64,000 nt of DNA, taken from an uncultured Gemmatimonadales bacterium. Its GTDB lineage: Bacteria > Gemmatimonadota > Gemmatimonadetes > Gemmatimonadales > GWC2-71-9. A program made the position numbers and the translations under genes. The stretch spans positions 864,001 to 928,000 of the forward strand of contig CAVUAK010000001.1 in NCBI GenBank assembly GCA_963739455.1, in the 5' to 3' direction. The notes under the pieces were generated by a model, which had not been told where the DNA came from, searched no databases, and saw only the letters and a list, made by a program, of their open reading frames with translations. Below are positions 8,689 through 18,917 of this stretch, piece after piece; within the stretch, counting starts at the first letter, position 1, and each line of letters starts with the position of its first letter.

Positions 8689-11600
8689 ATGAGTGATCCC
8701 ACCGGGCCCGGCCTGCGCGAGCGCCTCCAGCGTGCCCTGGGGACGCAGTACCAGCTCGAGCATGAGCTGGGGCGCGGGGGCATGGGGGTCGTCTTCGAGG
8801 CCACCGACAGCAACCTCGACCGCCGGGTTGCCATCAAGGTCGTCCACCCCGCACTGACCCATCACGGCAACATCGTGCGCCGCTTCCTCGCGGAGGCGCG
8901 CATGATCGCGAAGTTCCGTCATCCAGGCATCGTGGCGGTGCACGCCGCCGGCGAGGCCGACGGGCTGCTCTACTACGTCATGGACCGGGTGGAGGGCGAG
9001 ACGCTGCGCGATCGCCTGCGTCGCGAGCCACGCCTCAGCGTGGACGATGCGCGCCGGATCACGGCCGACGTGGCCATGGCGCTCGACGCTGCTGCCCGCG
9101 CCGGCCTCGTGCATCGTGACGTGAAGCCCGAGAACATCCTCATCGATCGCGCATCGGGCCGGCCCATGCTGGTCGATTTCGGCATCGCGCGCGCCATGGC
9201 GGGAGAGCCAGAGGGCGATGAGCCGACCACCGGCCGCGGCGTCGCCCTTGGGACCCCGGCGTACATGAGCCCGGAGCAGGCGGCCGGGGAGGAAGTGGAC
9301 GCGCGCAGCGATCTCTACTCGCTGGGCGTCGTCGCGTACGAGATGCTCACTGGTGCCCCGCCGTTCACCGGCTCGCACCGCGTCGTCATCTCTCGCCACC
9401 TCACCGATCGCCCGACCCCCGTCGAGAAGTCGCGCCCCGACAGCCCGGTGGCACTGAGCGGCGCGATCATGCGCGCGCTGGAAAAGCACCCCGACGAGCG
9501 CTGGCAGACGGGCGAGGCGCTGTCGACGGCGTTGAGTGGCGAGCACAGCCCCGCGCCCCGCCGCACGCGGAAGCGCCGGCGCACCATGCTTGCCATCGCC
9601 GCCGGGCTGTTGCTGGTGAGCGCCGTGGCGCTCAAGGCCCGGAACCACGACGGCCCGCCGGCCGGCACGAACCCGCGGCAGTCGATCCTCGTCCTGCCCT
9701 TCGCCAATGTGCGTGCCGACTCCAGCGGCGAGTGGCTGCGCGACGGCAGCGTCAGCATGCTGTCGCTTGCCCTGGGGCAGTGGAACGACCTGCAGGTGAT
9801 CGGCCCCGAGCGGGTGCACGACCTGATGGAGGCGGCACACGTCGGCGATGGCGGGGTGGTGGGTCTCGAGGAGGCGCGTCGCATCGCGCGCCGCGCCGGT
9901 GTGTGGACCGTGGTGCTGGGTGAGTTCGACCGCAGCGGGGACACACTGCGGCTCGCGGCGCGCGTGGTCGATGTCGCCAGCGGCAAGCAGGTCGATCTCG
10001 CGCGGGTCGAGGCACCGGCCGGCGACGAGGTCCGCCCGCTCTTCGACCAGCTCGCCGCACAGCTGCTCGACATCTCCGGTGCGCCGCAGGGTGAGCGCGT
10101 GGCACTGGCCCAGGCCACCACTCACTCCGTCGAGGCGTATCGCGCCTACCTCGCCGGTGACGGGGCACTCAACAACTGGGACCTGCCTGCCGCCGAGACC
10201 TCGCTGCGGAAGGCGATCGCCGCCGACTCCACCTTCGGGCTCGCGTACTACAAGCTCTCGATCACGCGAGGCTGGATGCATGGCGGCGAGGACTCGATCG
10301 GCGCCAATGCGATCGCGCGGGCCGAGGCCTACGCGGGCAAGCTGCCGGCGCGCGAACAGACCATGATCCACGCCTACCGGACCTTCATCCAGGGTGCCAA
10401 CGCCGACGCGCGCCGCCTGTACGAGGAGTTGCTGGCGAAGAATCCCGGCGACCCCGACGCCTGGTACGGGCTGGGCGACGCCTGGTTCCACGATGACAAG
10501 CAGCCGCTGCCAATGCGGTTCACCGCATCGATGCGCGCGTTCAAGCGCGCGCTGGCACTCGATCCGGGGTACGCCCTGGCCTTCGAGCACGTGAACTACA
10601 TCCTGGGTCGCGCCTCACGACAGAACCCGATGTGGGTGCTCCTGCCAGGCGACTCTATTGCCATGATCTACAACGACAAGGAGAAGCGGGTCATCGACAG
10701 CGCCGCGACCGCCCTGGCGGTGACGCGCGCTCGCGCCGAGGCCATCCGCCTGGCGCGTGACTGGGCCAACCTGCAGCCTGCGCACGGCCAAGGCCCATGA
10801 GGCGCTTGCTCGCCGCACTCATCGTCGCGCAGGACTACGACGGCGCCGGCAGCGAGGTGGCGCGCTTCCGCGCGGTGGTGCCGAATCATCCCGAACTGGC
10901 GTTCGACGATGCACGCATCCGCTTCGCGTCGGGAGACGCACCCCGCGCGGCGCGGCAGCTGGGCGTGTCGATCGACTCGCTCACCCCTGAAGACCTGCGA
11001 CCGATCAACGGCGCTACCGACGCCGCTGAACGCCTGGCGATCGCGGCCAACGTGCTGGCGTACCAGGGCAACGTCGGCCAGGCGGCGAAGCTCATCGACC
11101 TCGCCAATCGGGTGCGCTTCGGCGACCCCGAGGCCGGAACGGCGCTGGCGAATGAGCGCGACGCATGGAACTGGCGGATGCAGGGCGAGCTCTACGCCGC
11201 CACCGGGGTGCCAACCGCCGGCATGCGGCGCATCTGGCAGAGCGCCGCCGAGGCGAGTCGGTCGGTGCCGCCCGAGAAGCGCGCCAAGCTGCTGGCCGCC
11301 GGTGGCGCTGCCGCGGTGGGGCTGCTCACCTCCGCCACGCCCGATGAATCAGCCATGAAGGAGATGCAGGCGATGGGCGGCGCGCAGCCGGCCAAGGAAG
11401 TGCGCGCCCTCATGGCCCTCGAGCACAACGATCAGGCTGCCGCGCGGAAGGCGCTCGCCGAGCCCGACTCGATGGCCGTGTCGATGAAGGGGCCGTCGTA
11501 CCTCGTGTTCCGTCGGCCGCTGGCGGCACAGGCGTACTACCTGCTGGGTGACTACGAGCGGGCACTCAAGCTGCTCGAGGGGTTCGATAGTTCCGAGCTC

Positions 11601-11807
11601 AACGCCGACCAGTTCGACATGCGCTGGGGCATACTCGGCCGGGTGCGCCTGCTCCGCGGCGCGGTGCTCGAGAAGCTCGGTCGCCCCGACGATGCGCGGG
11701 AGCAGTACAAGCTGGCGCTGGCGCAGTGGACCCAGGCCGATCCCGACCTGCAGGTGTTCGTACAGGAAGCGCAGCAGAAGCTGGCGCAACTGCAGGAGCG
11801 GAGTTGA
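8689..11807 (+). CDS. Ser/Thr kinase with TM, TolB-N-like and TPR regions; split near 10785-10806
   Basis: GRGGMGVV, HRDVKPEN, DFG, GTPAYMSPE, SILVLPFAN, TPR helices. Continues in ORF 10797..11807; removing two extra bases gives HGKAHEALLAALIV. Could instead be two ATGA-coupled genes. Confidence 0.8.
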
Positions 11808-11823
11808 AGGGTTAGCTTTGTCG

Positions 11824-12225
11824 TTGGGTCGGACGTGATGGTCGCGGGTGCTTCGGCATCCGAGGAAAGTCCGAGCTCCATCGGGTAGACTGCCAGGTAA
11901 CGCCTGGGCGCCGCAAGGCGACGGACAGGGCAACAGAAAGCAAACCGCCCGGCGAGCGCGCAAGCGAACGACGGGTAAGGGTGAAAGGGTGGGGTAAGAG
12001 CCCACCGCGCTCCCGGTAACGGGGGCGGCACGGTAACCCCCAGTCGGAGCAAGGCCAAATAAGCGGCGAGGTGTGACCCACACCGCCCCCCGTCCGGTCC
12101 CTTCGGGGATACGGGCGGTAGCCGCGGGTAGGCTGCTCGAGGCGACCGGCGACGGTCGTCCCAGACAGATGACCATCCCCAGGGCGAAAGTCAGGGGAAC
12201 AAGACTCGGCTTACGGTCCGACCCA
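11824..12225 (+). ncRNA. rnpB: RNase P RNA (type A)
   Basis: GAGGAAAGTCCGAGCTCC, CAACAGAAAGCAAACCGCC, AAGGGTGAAAGGGTGGGGTAAGAGCCCACC, AACAAGACTCGGCTTA; P1 pairing TGGGTCGGAC/GTCCGACCCA. Confidence 0.97.
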
Positions 12226-12266
12226 CGGCCGCCTCCGGCACTCGTTGCCGGAGGCGGCCGTCTTTG
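12225..12266 (+). terminator. intrinsic terminator after rnpB
   Basis: ACGGCCGCCTCCGGCA-CTCGT-TGCCGGAGGCGGCCGT stem followed by CTTT. Confidence 0.8.
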
Positions 12267-12321
12267 TGACCCCTGACCCGGCGTGCTTCCCCACGTCCCC
12301 GGGTAGAGCTAGAATTTGCCC

Positions 12322-12531
12322 GTGACTGCCAAACCCTACCCGCCACACTGGGAGCAGGTGGCGGAAATCCGGGTGCTTCGCGCCCCCGTGTCTGACTGGG
12401 ACAAGCTCTCCGTCTGGGGGGCCGACATGCGAAAGCGGGGCTGGAGGCTGCTCCAGGTGAGCAGCGACAGCGGCCAGATCGTGGCAGTATTCGGGAAGTC
12501 CCGTCAGGGACATGCCCGCGACATTCCCTGA
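12322..12531 (+). CDS. small hypothetical protein (69 aa)
   Basis: GTG start; MTAKPYPPHWEQVAEIRVLR...DMRKRGWRLLQV...IVAVFGKS has protein-like composition. Confidence 0.6.
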   Translation: MTAKPYPPHWEQVAEIRVLRAPVSDWDKLSVWGADMRKRGWRLLQVSSDSGQIVAVFGKSRQGHARDIP

Positions 12532-12571
12532 GCGTCCCCTGCCGGGCGCGTTCCCTTTTTCGAGGCTGACA

Positions 12572-13345
12572 ATGCAGGCTCGCATCCTGATGGCTGGTGC
12601 ACTCTTCTCCGGGGCCATGATGGTCCCCGCCCCGCATGCGGCCAGCGTGACGACGCGCTACAAGGTGGCGCAGCGCATCTTCCAGGAAGTGGACGCGACG
12701 GCGCTCGGTGGCGGCAAGCAGGGTTTTGTCGTCAAGACCACGAGCTACGTGCAGTTGACGCTCACCGACACCACTGGCGGACGCAGCGTGAAGGTCACCG
12801 TGGACTCGATTCACGGCGACTCCCTGCCACCCGGCGCGCCAGCCGACATGCTGAGCAAGGCCGCGGGCGTGGTGGTAACCGGCGTCGTGGACGGCAAGGG
12901 CAAGCTGAGCAACGTGAAGGCCAGCAGCGATGCCGGCGGACTGCAGCTGACGAGCCTCGTCCAGCAGCTCCTCCCACCGATCAAGAGCAGCCCCAAGGTC
13001 GGCGATGCCTGGACCGACACCACCGAGACGGCGAACGGCAACATGAACACGCGCACCGTCACCAACTTCAAGGTCACGGGCACCGAGGCGCGCGGCAACG
13101 TCAAGGCGAGCCGCATCGATGGCGCATTCACCTCCGCCATTGCGGGTACCCAGGAAACGCCGGGCGGCTCGGCCGACATCGACGGCACCGGCACGGGCAC
13201 GTCCAGCTACCTGATCGCTCCCGACGGCGCGCTGGTCACCGGCACGTCGACATCCAAGAGCAACCTCAACGTCACGCTTGCGGCGCAGGGCGCCATCCTG
13301 CCGCTGGTGCTGAGCCAGAGCGTCGAAATCACGCCACTACCCTGA
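12572..13345 (+). CDS. secreted beta-rich hypothetical protein
   Basis: GAGG RBS, signal peptide ending PHAA, Thr/Gly-rich, KVGDAWTDTT motif. Confidence 0.75.
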   Translation: MQARILMAGALFSGAMMVPAPHAASVTTRYKVAQRIFQEVDATALGGGKQGFVVKTTSYVQLTLTDTTGGRSVKVTVDSIHGDSLPPGAPADMLSKAAGVVVTGVVDGKGKLSNVKASSDAGGLQLTSLVQQLLPPIKSSPKVGDAWTDTTETANGNMNTRTVTNFKVTGTEARGNVKASRIDGAFTSAIAGTQETPGGSADIDGTGTGTSSYLIAPDGALVTGTSTSKSNLNVTLAAQGAILPLVLSQSVEITPLP

Positions 13346-13350
13346 TCTCC

Positions 13351-14238
13351 ATGCAGGGCAGGACCCCGTGGCGCGGGGCACTTCAGGCCGCATGGCTCGC
13401 AGCGATCGCATGCGGGCCATCCGGTACGGGCGGGGCAAAGTCACCGGCACCCGCCCCGTCCAGGCCGGCGGCACCAACACCATACCAGCCTTCGAACTCG
13501 GGGTCCGGCCTTGCCGTGGCGCGCTATGCCTCGAGTGACGCGCGCTACGCCATCGATCGCGCCGACACGATCACGTTCCAGTATCCCAATGGTGTGCAGA
13601 CCCAGGTAGTTGACCGCAGCATCTGGGTCCGCCTGATCATTGGTCCCGGCACCACCACGGCACCCGTCAACATCACGCTCGACTCCATCCGGGTTGTCAA
13701 CGTCCCGCGCGATTCCCTCATCTCGGCGGACGGGCTTCGCTGGACCGGCACGCTGGAAGACGGCGTGCGCCTCGGCGCCCTCACGCCGTCGTCGCACCAC
13801 GCGCTCGCGGAGCAGCTCGTCGGCAATGCCTTCCGCGACCTGGTCGCGATGCTCCCGGCGGGCGGCGCGAAAGCCGGGGCGTCGTGGACCGACACCACCG
13901 CCACCACGGAACAGGTGGCCGGGAGTGAAGTCCCGGTGACGGTTGTCCGCGCGGCGCATGCAGGAAGCGCAACAGGTGCGCCGCCGGCAGTGCTGCTCGA
14001 GAGCTCGGCCACGGTGACGGGCGGCGGGAAGAGCCAGCGCTTCGGTGAGGAGATCGGCGTCACCTTGAGCGGCACCCGAACCCGGAGCCATCACCTCGCG
14101 GTCACCGGTCAGCTGCTTGATGCAACCGGTCGCGATTCGCTGTCCATTTCCTTTGACCTGCCCTCGGTCGGCCAGACGGTGCCGGCGACGCAGCGCGGAC
14201 ATCTCAGCATTCAACGGATGCAGGGCGGCCCCCGCTGA
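13351..14238 (+). CDS. lipoprotein, probable paralog of the upstream gene
   Basis: LAAIAC lipobox, KAGASWTDTT motif. Confidence 0.7.
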   Translation: MQGRTPWRGALQAAWLAAIACGPSGTGGAKSPAPAPSRPAAPTPYQPSNSGSGLAVARYASSDARYAIDRADTITFQYPNGVQTQVVDRSIWVRLIIGPGTTTAPVNITLDSIRVVNVPRDSLISADGLRWTGTLEDGVRLGALTPSSHHALAEQLVGNAFRDLVAMLPAGGAKAGASWTDTTATTEQVAGSEVPVTVVRAAHAGSATGAPPAVLLESSATVTGGGKSQRFGEEIGVTLSGTRTRSHHLAVTGQLLDATGRDSLSISFDLPSVGQTVPATQRGHLSIQRMQGGPR

Positions 14239-15056
14239 CCGGCAACGCCTCCACTCGCCGACGCTGGCGCTGGTGGTGGCTGCTCGTACCTCCCTGCCTG
14301 TTCGTCGCGTGGCTCTTCGCTGTCTGGCCCCCGCCTTCCTGGTATCGCACGCATTTCCCCGGCAACACTGCGTTCATGCAGATGCGCGGGACCATCGGCC
14401 GCTACCGGCCGGTTCCCCTCGAGTCCATTGCCCCGGCAATGGCGGTCGCCGCCATGACTGGCGAGGACGCGAAATTCTGGGAGCATGATGGCATCGACTA
14501 CGAGGCCATCCGGAAGGCGCTGGGCTATCGCAGGGGTGACTTCGACTGGGACGACCCACGCGACCGGCTCGCGATGCGGAAGGCCCTCGGACACGCCTGG
14601 GAGCGCCGGGACGCGTTGCGCGGTGCCAGCACGATCACCCAGCAACTCGCCAAGAACCTCTACCTGTCACCGTCGCGGAATCCGCTGCGCAAGGTGAAGG
14701 AAGCCGTCACCGCCTGGCGACTCGAGCGCGTACTGGGAAAGCGACGGATCCTCGAGCTCTACCTCAACGTCGCCGAGATGGGGCCCGATATCTGGGGCGT
14801 CCAGGCCGCAAGCGAGGTGTACTTCAGGAAGCCGGCGGCAAGATTGACGCGAGGTGAGGCGGCTGCACTCGCCGGCCTCCTGCCATTTCCGCTCCGGTCC
14901 AATCCCGCGCTCAAGCCGGGGCGGATGCGCTGGCGGCAGAACCTCATCCTCCGCCGCATGGCCGGCGAATCGCTCGAGATCCCCAAGACCGACGCGGAGA
15001 TCCCGACCCAGGCCGACTCCGACACCGCCCCATCCGATGCCGACACGACGCAATGA
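14235..15056 (+). CDS. mtgA: monofunctional peptidoglycan transglycosylase (inferred CTG start)
   Basis: GT51 motifs EDAKFWEHDG, GASTITQQLAKNL, RKVKE, KRRILELYLN. The in-frame TM anchor lies upstream of ATG 14376. Confidence 0.88.
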   Translation: MTGNASTRRRWRWWWLLVPPCLFVAWLFAVWPPPSWYRTHFPGNTAFMQMRGTIGRYRPVPLESIAPAMAVAAMTGEDAKFWEHDGIDYEAIRKALGYRRGDFDWDDPRDRLAMRKALGHAWERRDALRGASTITQQLAKNLYLSPSRNPLRKVKEAVTAWRLERVLGKRRILELYLNVAEMGPDIWGVQAASEVYFRKPAARLTRGEAAALAGLLPFPLRSNPALKPGRMRWRQNLILRRMAGESLEIPKTDAEIPTQADSDTAPSDADTTQ

Positions 15057-15072
15057 CGCCGGAGGTTGCCGC

Positions 15073-15717
15073 ATGAGGATCCCGCTCGTCATCGCGGCGC
15101 TCGGCGCACTCGCCACGTCCACCGCCCATGCACAGTCGCGCTGGGTCGCTTCGCTGCAGGGTGGTTACAGCGTCGCCACTTCCACTGCCGTGGGCTTTCC
15201 CGGGGGAGGCGCGTTTGGATCCAGCGCCTTCATAGGCCGTGAACTGGGTTCGCTGGTGGTGCTCGGCGTCGAGGGCGGATTCTATGGGGTTGAGAACACC
15301 ACGACGGAACGGCAGGTGGACTGTCCGCCGCCATCAGTGCCGGGGTCCCTCGGGTGTGTCGAGACAGACCGGTCGGAAGTGGACTGGGTCCAGCTGGGTG
15401 CAACCGTACGCGTGGGGCCCAGCACCGGCCGCTTCCGTCCCTACGGGGCGCTCGGCGCGGCGGTGTACCTGGGAAGTCGCGACCTCGAAGTCACCATCAC
15501 GAGCCCCAGCGACGAATTCAACCCTCTTTCCCCGAGCGTCAGCACCACCGCGGTCGGCGGAAGCTTCGGGGCCGGAGCAGACTGGCTGCTCGGCAACAAC
15601 GATTGGACCCTCGGCGTTGCTGCCCGGCTCCACTTCCTCGCTGGCGGCGACGAGAACGGTGAGTTCGGCGGGGATACCTTCGTGACGCTGCTGGCGGGGG
15701 TGGGGTACCGATGGTGA
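15073..15717 (+). CDS. outer membrane beta-barrel protein
   Basis: Signal peptide AHA-Q, amphipathic strands, RFRPYG, C-terminal LLAGVGYRW. Confidence 0.8.
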   Translation: MRIPLVIAALGALATSTAHAQSRWVASLQGGYSVATSTAVGFPGGGAFGSSAFIGRELGSLVVLGVEGGFYGVENTTTERQVDCPPPSVPGSLGCVETDRSEVDWVQLGATVRVGPSTGRFRPYGALGAAVYLGSRDLEVTITSPSDEFNPLSPSVSTTAVGGSFGAGADWLLGNNDWTLGVAARLHFLAGGDENGEFGGDTFVTLLAGVGYRW

Positions 15718-15800
15718 AGTCGTGAGTCCACAGTCGACTGTCGACAGAGAGTCGTCAGCTGTCGGCTGACTGACGACTCACGACTGCCGACTCACGACTC
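15718..15800. repeat. heptamer tandem-inverted array, family A, between convergent genes
   Basis: AGTCGTGAGTC (15718-28) / GACTCACGACT (15789-99); inner GAGTCGTCAG / CTGACGACTC. Confidence 0.85.
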
Positions 15801-15801
15801 C

Positions 15802-16914
15802 TCAGTCCACCAGCCTGAGCGGCATAACCAGGGCGAGGAAGCTCGCCGGATCATCCCATCCTACCGGCTCGCAGGTCGCCGCCCGCTCGGGTGCCTTGAA
15901 GGTCATCCGCACTTCATCGGTAGGGATGTACTTCAGCACCTCGAGCATGTAGGCGGCGTTGAAGCCGATCTCCAGCGCGTCGCCCTCGTACGTGACCGTG
16001 ACCTCTTCCTGCGCCTCGCCCAGGTCGGGTGTCTGCACCGACAGCTTGCATGACCCGTTCGCGAATGCCATGCGGATCCGGTGGGTCTGGTCGCTCGCCA
16101 CGATGCTCATGCGCCGGAGCGCTGAGGTGATGGCACCCTTGTCGGCCGTCATCACCTTGTCGTTCTCGCGCGGAATGACCTGCTCGTAGTTCGGGTACGG
16201 TCCCTCGATCAGCCGGGTAAACACCTGCGTCGTGGGTGACCGGAAGCCAAGATGGTTCTCGCTCCGCGCCACCTCGATCTCGTCCTCGGCGGAGAACAGC
16301 TTCCTGATCTGCTCCAGTGCCTTGGGTGGCACGATCAGGTCAGCCTGGGCTCCACCAGCCGTCGCGGTGGGAACGTCCATCCTGGCCAGCCTGTGGCCGT
16401 TGGTAGCCACCATGCGCATGCGATCGGGCCGGAGCTCCCAGAGCACGCCATTGAGGATCGGGCGGCTCTCTTCGGTGCTTGCCGCGAACGCAACGTGGGT
16501 AATGAGCTTCTGCAGGTTGCCGGCCGTGGCCTTCCAGCCGCCATCGAACTTCACCGCCGGGAAGGCCGGGAACTCATCCTTCGGCAGGCCGAGGAGGCGG
16601 AACTTGGACCGCCCGCACTCGATGGTGACCCGCTGTTCACCGGAAGCGGTGATCCTGATGGAGGCGTTGGGCAACTCGCGCACGATCTCGGCGAGCTTCC
16701 TCGCGGGAACGGTGATCGACCCTTCCTGGTCGACGGAAGCTGGGACGGTGGTGCTGACAGCGATGTCGAGATCGGTTCCCGACAACCTGACACCATCGTG
16801 CGTCGCCTCGACCAGGATGTTCGACAGGACCGGCAGCGTGGTCTTCGTGGGCACACTGCCCGCGACCGCCTGCAGGCCTTCCTGGAATTGCTCGCGAGTG
16901 ATCGTGAACTTCAT
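15802..16914 (-). CDS. dnaN: DNA polymerase III beta clamp
   Basis: MKFTITREQF, TTLPVLSNIL, ATNGHRL, IEGPYPNYEQVIP, IGFNAAY, LVMPLRL. Confidence 0.98.
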   Translation of the reverse strand: MKFTITREQFQEGLQAVAGSVPTKTTLPVLSNILVEATHDGVRLSGTDLDIAVSTTVPASVDQEGSITVPARKLAEIVRELPNASIRITASGEQRVTIECGRSKFRLLGLPKDEFPAFPAVKFDGGWKATAGNLQKLITHVAFAASTEESRPILNGVLWELRPDRMRMVATNGHRLARMDVPTATAGGAQADLIVPPKALEQIRKLFSAEDEIEVARSENHLGFRSPTTQVFTRLIEGPYPNYEQVIPRENDKVMTADKGAITSALRRMSIVASDQTHRIRMAFANGSCKLSVQTPDLGEAQEEVTVTYEGDALEIGFNAAYMLEVLKYIPTDEVRMTFKAPERAATCEPVGWDDPASFLALVMPLRLVD

Positions 16915-16951
16915 TTCTGCCTCATGCGTCCCGGAGAAGTACCTACCAGAA

Positions 16952-17231
16952 CTTGTATATAAGAATACTAGCAGTAGTAGTAGAGGGGATGTAGATGTGG
17001 ACGAACCATCCGATCTCCTCGCCCTGCCCCGACTTGTCTCACCCAAACCATGTCGGCTCGTTGTGGGACATGCGGACATCTTGGTGCTTCAACAACATTT
17101 CCTGCCGCTATTCAAGACTTTCAACGAACAACCAATCAACATCGGGATAACCGTCCGGAAAAACTTTCGTCACATCATTTCGCCGTACGCGGGCGTCGCA
17201 CTGCTCGACACTGCGACGACAGCCACATCAA
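16952..17231. other. oriC: oriC (dnaA-dnaN intergenic region) with DnaA boxes, DnaA-trios and AT-rich tract
   Basis: Minus strand reads TCGTCCACA-TCTACAT-CCCCT-CTACTACTACTGCTA-GTATTCTTATATACAAG. Further degenerate boxes at about 17062, 17133 and 17142. Confidence 0.8.
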
Positions 17232-18620
17232 TTATGTCTGCGGCTGCAACTCCATCCGCGCGAGTTCAACCTTCTCGCGGAAACCGCGATCTCGCGACAT
17301 CAACCGCGCCACCTTGTCGACACTGTGAATGACAGTGCTATGATCGCGGCCACCAAACGCCTGGCCGATCTCGACCAGCTGCATCTGCAGCAGGTCGCGC
17401 GCGAGGAACATGGCGATCTGTCGCGGCACGGTCAGCGTCTTGATCCGGGCCTTGGAGCGAAGTCCTTCCGGGGTGACGCCCCAGCGCCGCGCCACGACCT
17501 CCTGCACCTTGTTGATCGTTGGCAGCGCCTTGGAGGGGGCACCACTCTCGTCCGATGGCCTGATGCGATCGGCGAGTGCCTCGCGGGCCAGCTCGATCGA
17601 CACTTCCTTGTGCTTCAACGATGCGAAGAGCAGCAGCTTGATGATGCAGCCCTCAAGCTCCCGCACATTGGAACGCACATGCTCGGCAATAAAACGCAGG
17701 ACATCGTCGGGAATCGCCATTTCCAGGTGATCCTGCTCCGCCTTCTTCCGCAGGATCGCAATGCGGTGCTCCAGGTCGGGCTGGCCAATGTCCGCCACCA
17801 TTCCCCACTCGAAGCGGCTCACCAGCCGCGCCTCGAGGCCCGGGAGCTCCTTCGGCGGCCGGTCCGAGGTCAGCACGATCTGCTTGTTGGACTCGTACAG
17901 CGCGTTGAAGGTGTGAAAGAACTCCTCCTGGGTCATTTCCTTGCCTTCGAGGAAATGCACATCGTCCACCAGGAACAGGTCCACATCCGCCCGGTACCGG
18001 CGCCGAAACTCCGGCATCGTCCGGCTGTGGATGCTCTCGATCACTTCATTGATGAACTGCTCGGCGCCAACGTATAGCACCCGCGTGTCGGGTGTGCGAC
18101 CGACCACGGTGTGCGCAATTGCCTGCATGAGGTGCGTCTTTCCGAGTCCAGTCGCACCGTAAATGAAGAGCGGATTGTACGTTTTTCCGGGGGATTCGCT
18201 GACGGCGTGGGCGGCCGCTGCAGCAAGCTCGTTCGACTTGCCGATGACGAACGTCTCAAAGGTGTAGCGTTCGTTGAGCGGCTGGGCGCTTGGATTGACC
18301 TTCACCGCGGGTGCGCCAACGCTTGGCGGCGGCGCTACGAAAAGGTCCATCTGTGGCCGCTTCGTGCGCTCTTCCTGCACCTTGAAGACGACGCTAACCG
18401 GTTGTCCCGCGGCCTTTTCGGCCAGGCGCGACAATACCGCCGCATGCTTCGACTCGTTCCACTGCACCGCGAACTGGTCCGGGGCACCCACGATCAGCGT
18501 CCCGTTCTCGAGAGAGATCGGTGCGGCCGGTTCCAGCCACGTGCGGATCGTCTGTTCTGAAAGCTCACGGAGCGCATCATCGAGCAGGCGCGTCCAGAGA
18601 TCTTTCGCGGAAAGTTGCAT
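17232..18620 (-). CDS. dnaA: chromosomal replication initiator
   Basis: YNPLFIYGATGLGKTHL, QEEFFHTFN, RLVSRFEWG, NVRELEG, GGRDHSTVIHS. Confidence 0.98.
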   Translation of the reverse strand: MQLSAKDLWTRLLDDALRELSEQTIRTWLEPAAPISLENGTLIVGAPDQFAVQWNESKHAAVLSRLAEKAAGQPVSVVFKVQEERTKRPQMDLFVAPPPSVGAPAVKVNPSAQPLNERYTFETFVIGKSNELAAAAAHAVSESPGKTYNPLFIYGATGLGKTHLMQAIAHTVVGRTPDTRVLYVGAEQFINEVIESIHSRTMPEFRRRYRADVDLFLVDDVHFLEGKEMTQEEFFHTFNALYESNKQIVLTSDRPPKELPGLEARLVSRFEWGMVADIGQPDLEHRIAILRKKAEQDHLEMAIPDDVLRFIAEHVRSNVRELEGCIIKLLLFASLKHKEVSIELAREALADRIRPSDESGAPSKALPTINKVQEVVARRWGVTPEGLRSKARIKTLTVPRQIAMFLARDLLQMQLVEIGQAFGGRDHSTVIHSVDKVARLMSRDRGFREKVELARMELQPQT

Positions 18621-18680
18621 CGAAATCCAGGCGACAGCGGCGGTGGGATGTTCCAAGGGCGCGAGATATTACGAGTCGCG

Positions 18681-18689
18681 TGTGGATAA
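18681..18689. promoter_or_regulatory. perfect DnaA box in the dnaA/rpmH divergent promoter
   Basis: TGTGGATAA. Confidence 0.85.
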
Positions 18690-18755
18690 GTCAACCTTGA
18701 CCCTGAGGTGGTCGCGCGGCTAATTTGTCGGGCTCATTGGAGGATTAGAAATCGT

Positions 18756-18917
18756 ATGATGCCGACATATCGTCCGCGCAACAAGAAGCGGATTGCCAAG
18801 CACGGTTTCCGTGCCCGGATGGCCGATCGCTGGGGCCGGGAAGTCCTGTCTCGCCGCCGGAAGAAGGGGCGGAAGCGGCTTACCGTCTCGATCCCGTCGA
18901 AGCACGGGCGGGCCTGA
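18756..18917 (+). CDS. rpmH: 50S ribosomal protein L34
   Basis: [19 protein letters not shown]...[16 protein letters not shown]. Confidence 0.97.
   Translation: MMPTYRPRNKKRIAKHGFRARMADRWGREVLSRRRKKGRKRLTVSIPSKHGRA

Noticed and set aside
16915..17079. 55-aa N-terminal extension of DnaN in the ORF track
   Set aside because: It runs through the oriC trios; the canonical MKF start at 16914 has a GAGG RBS.
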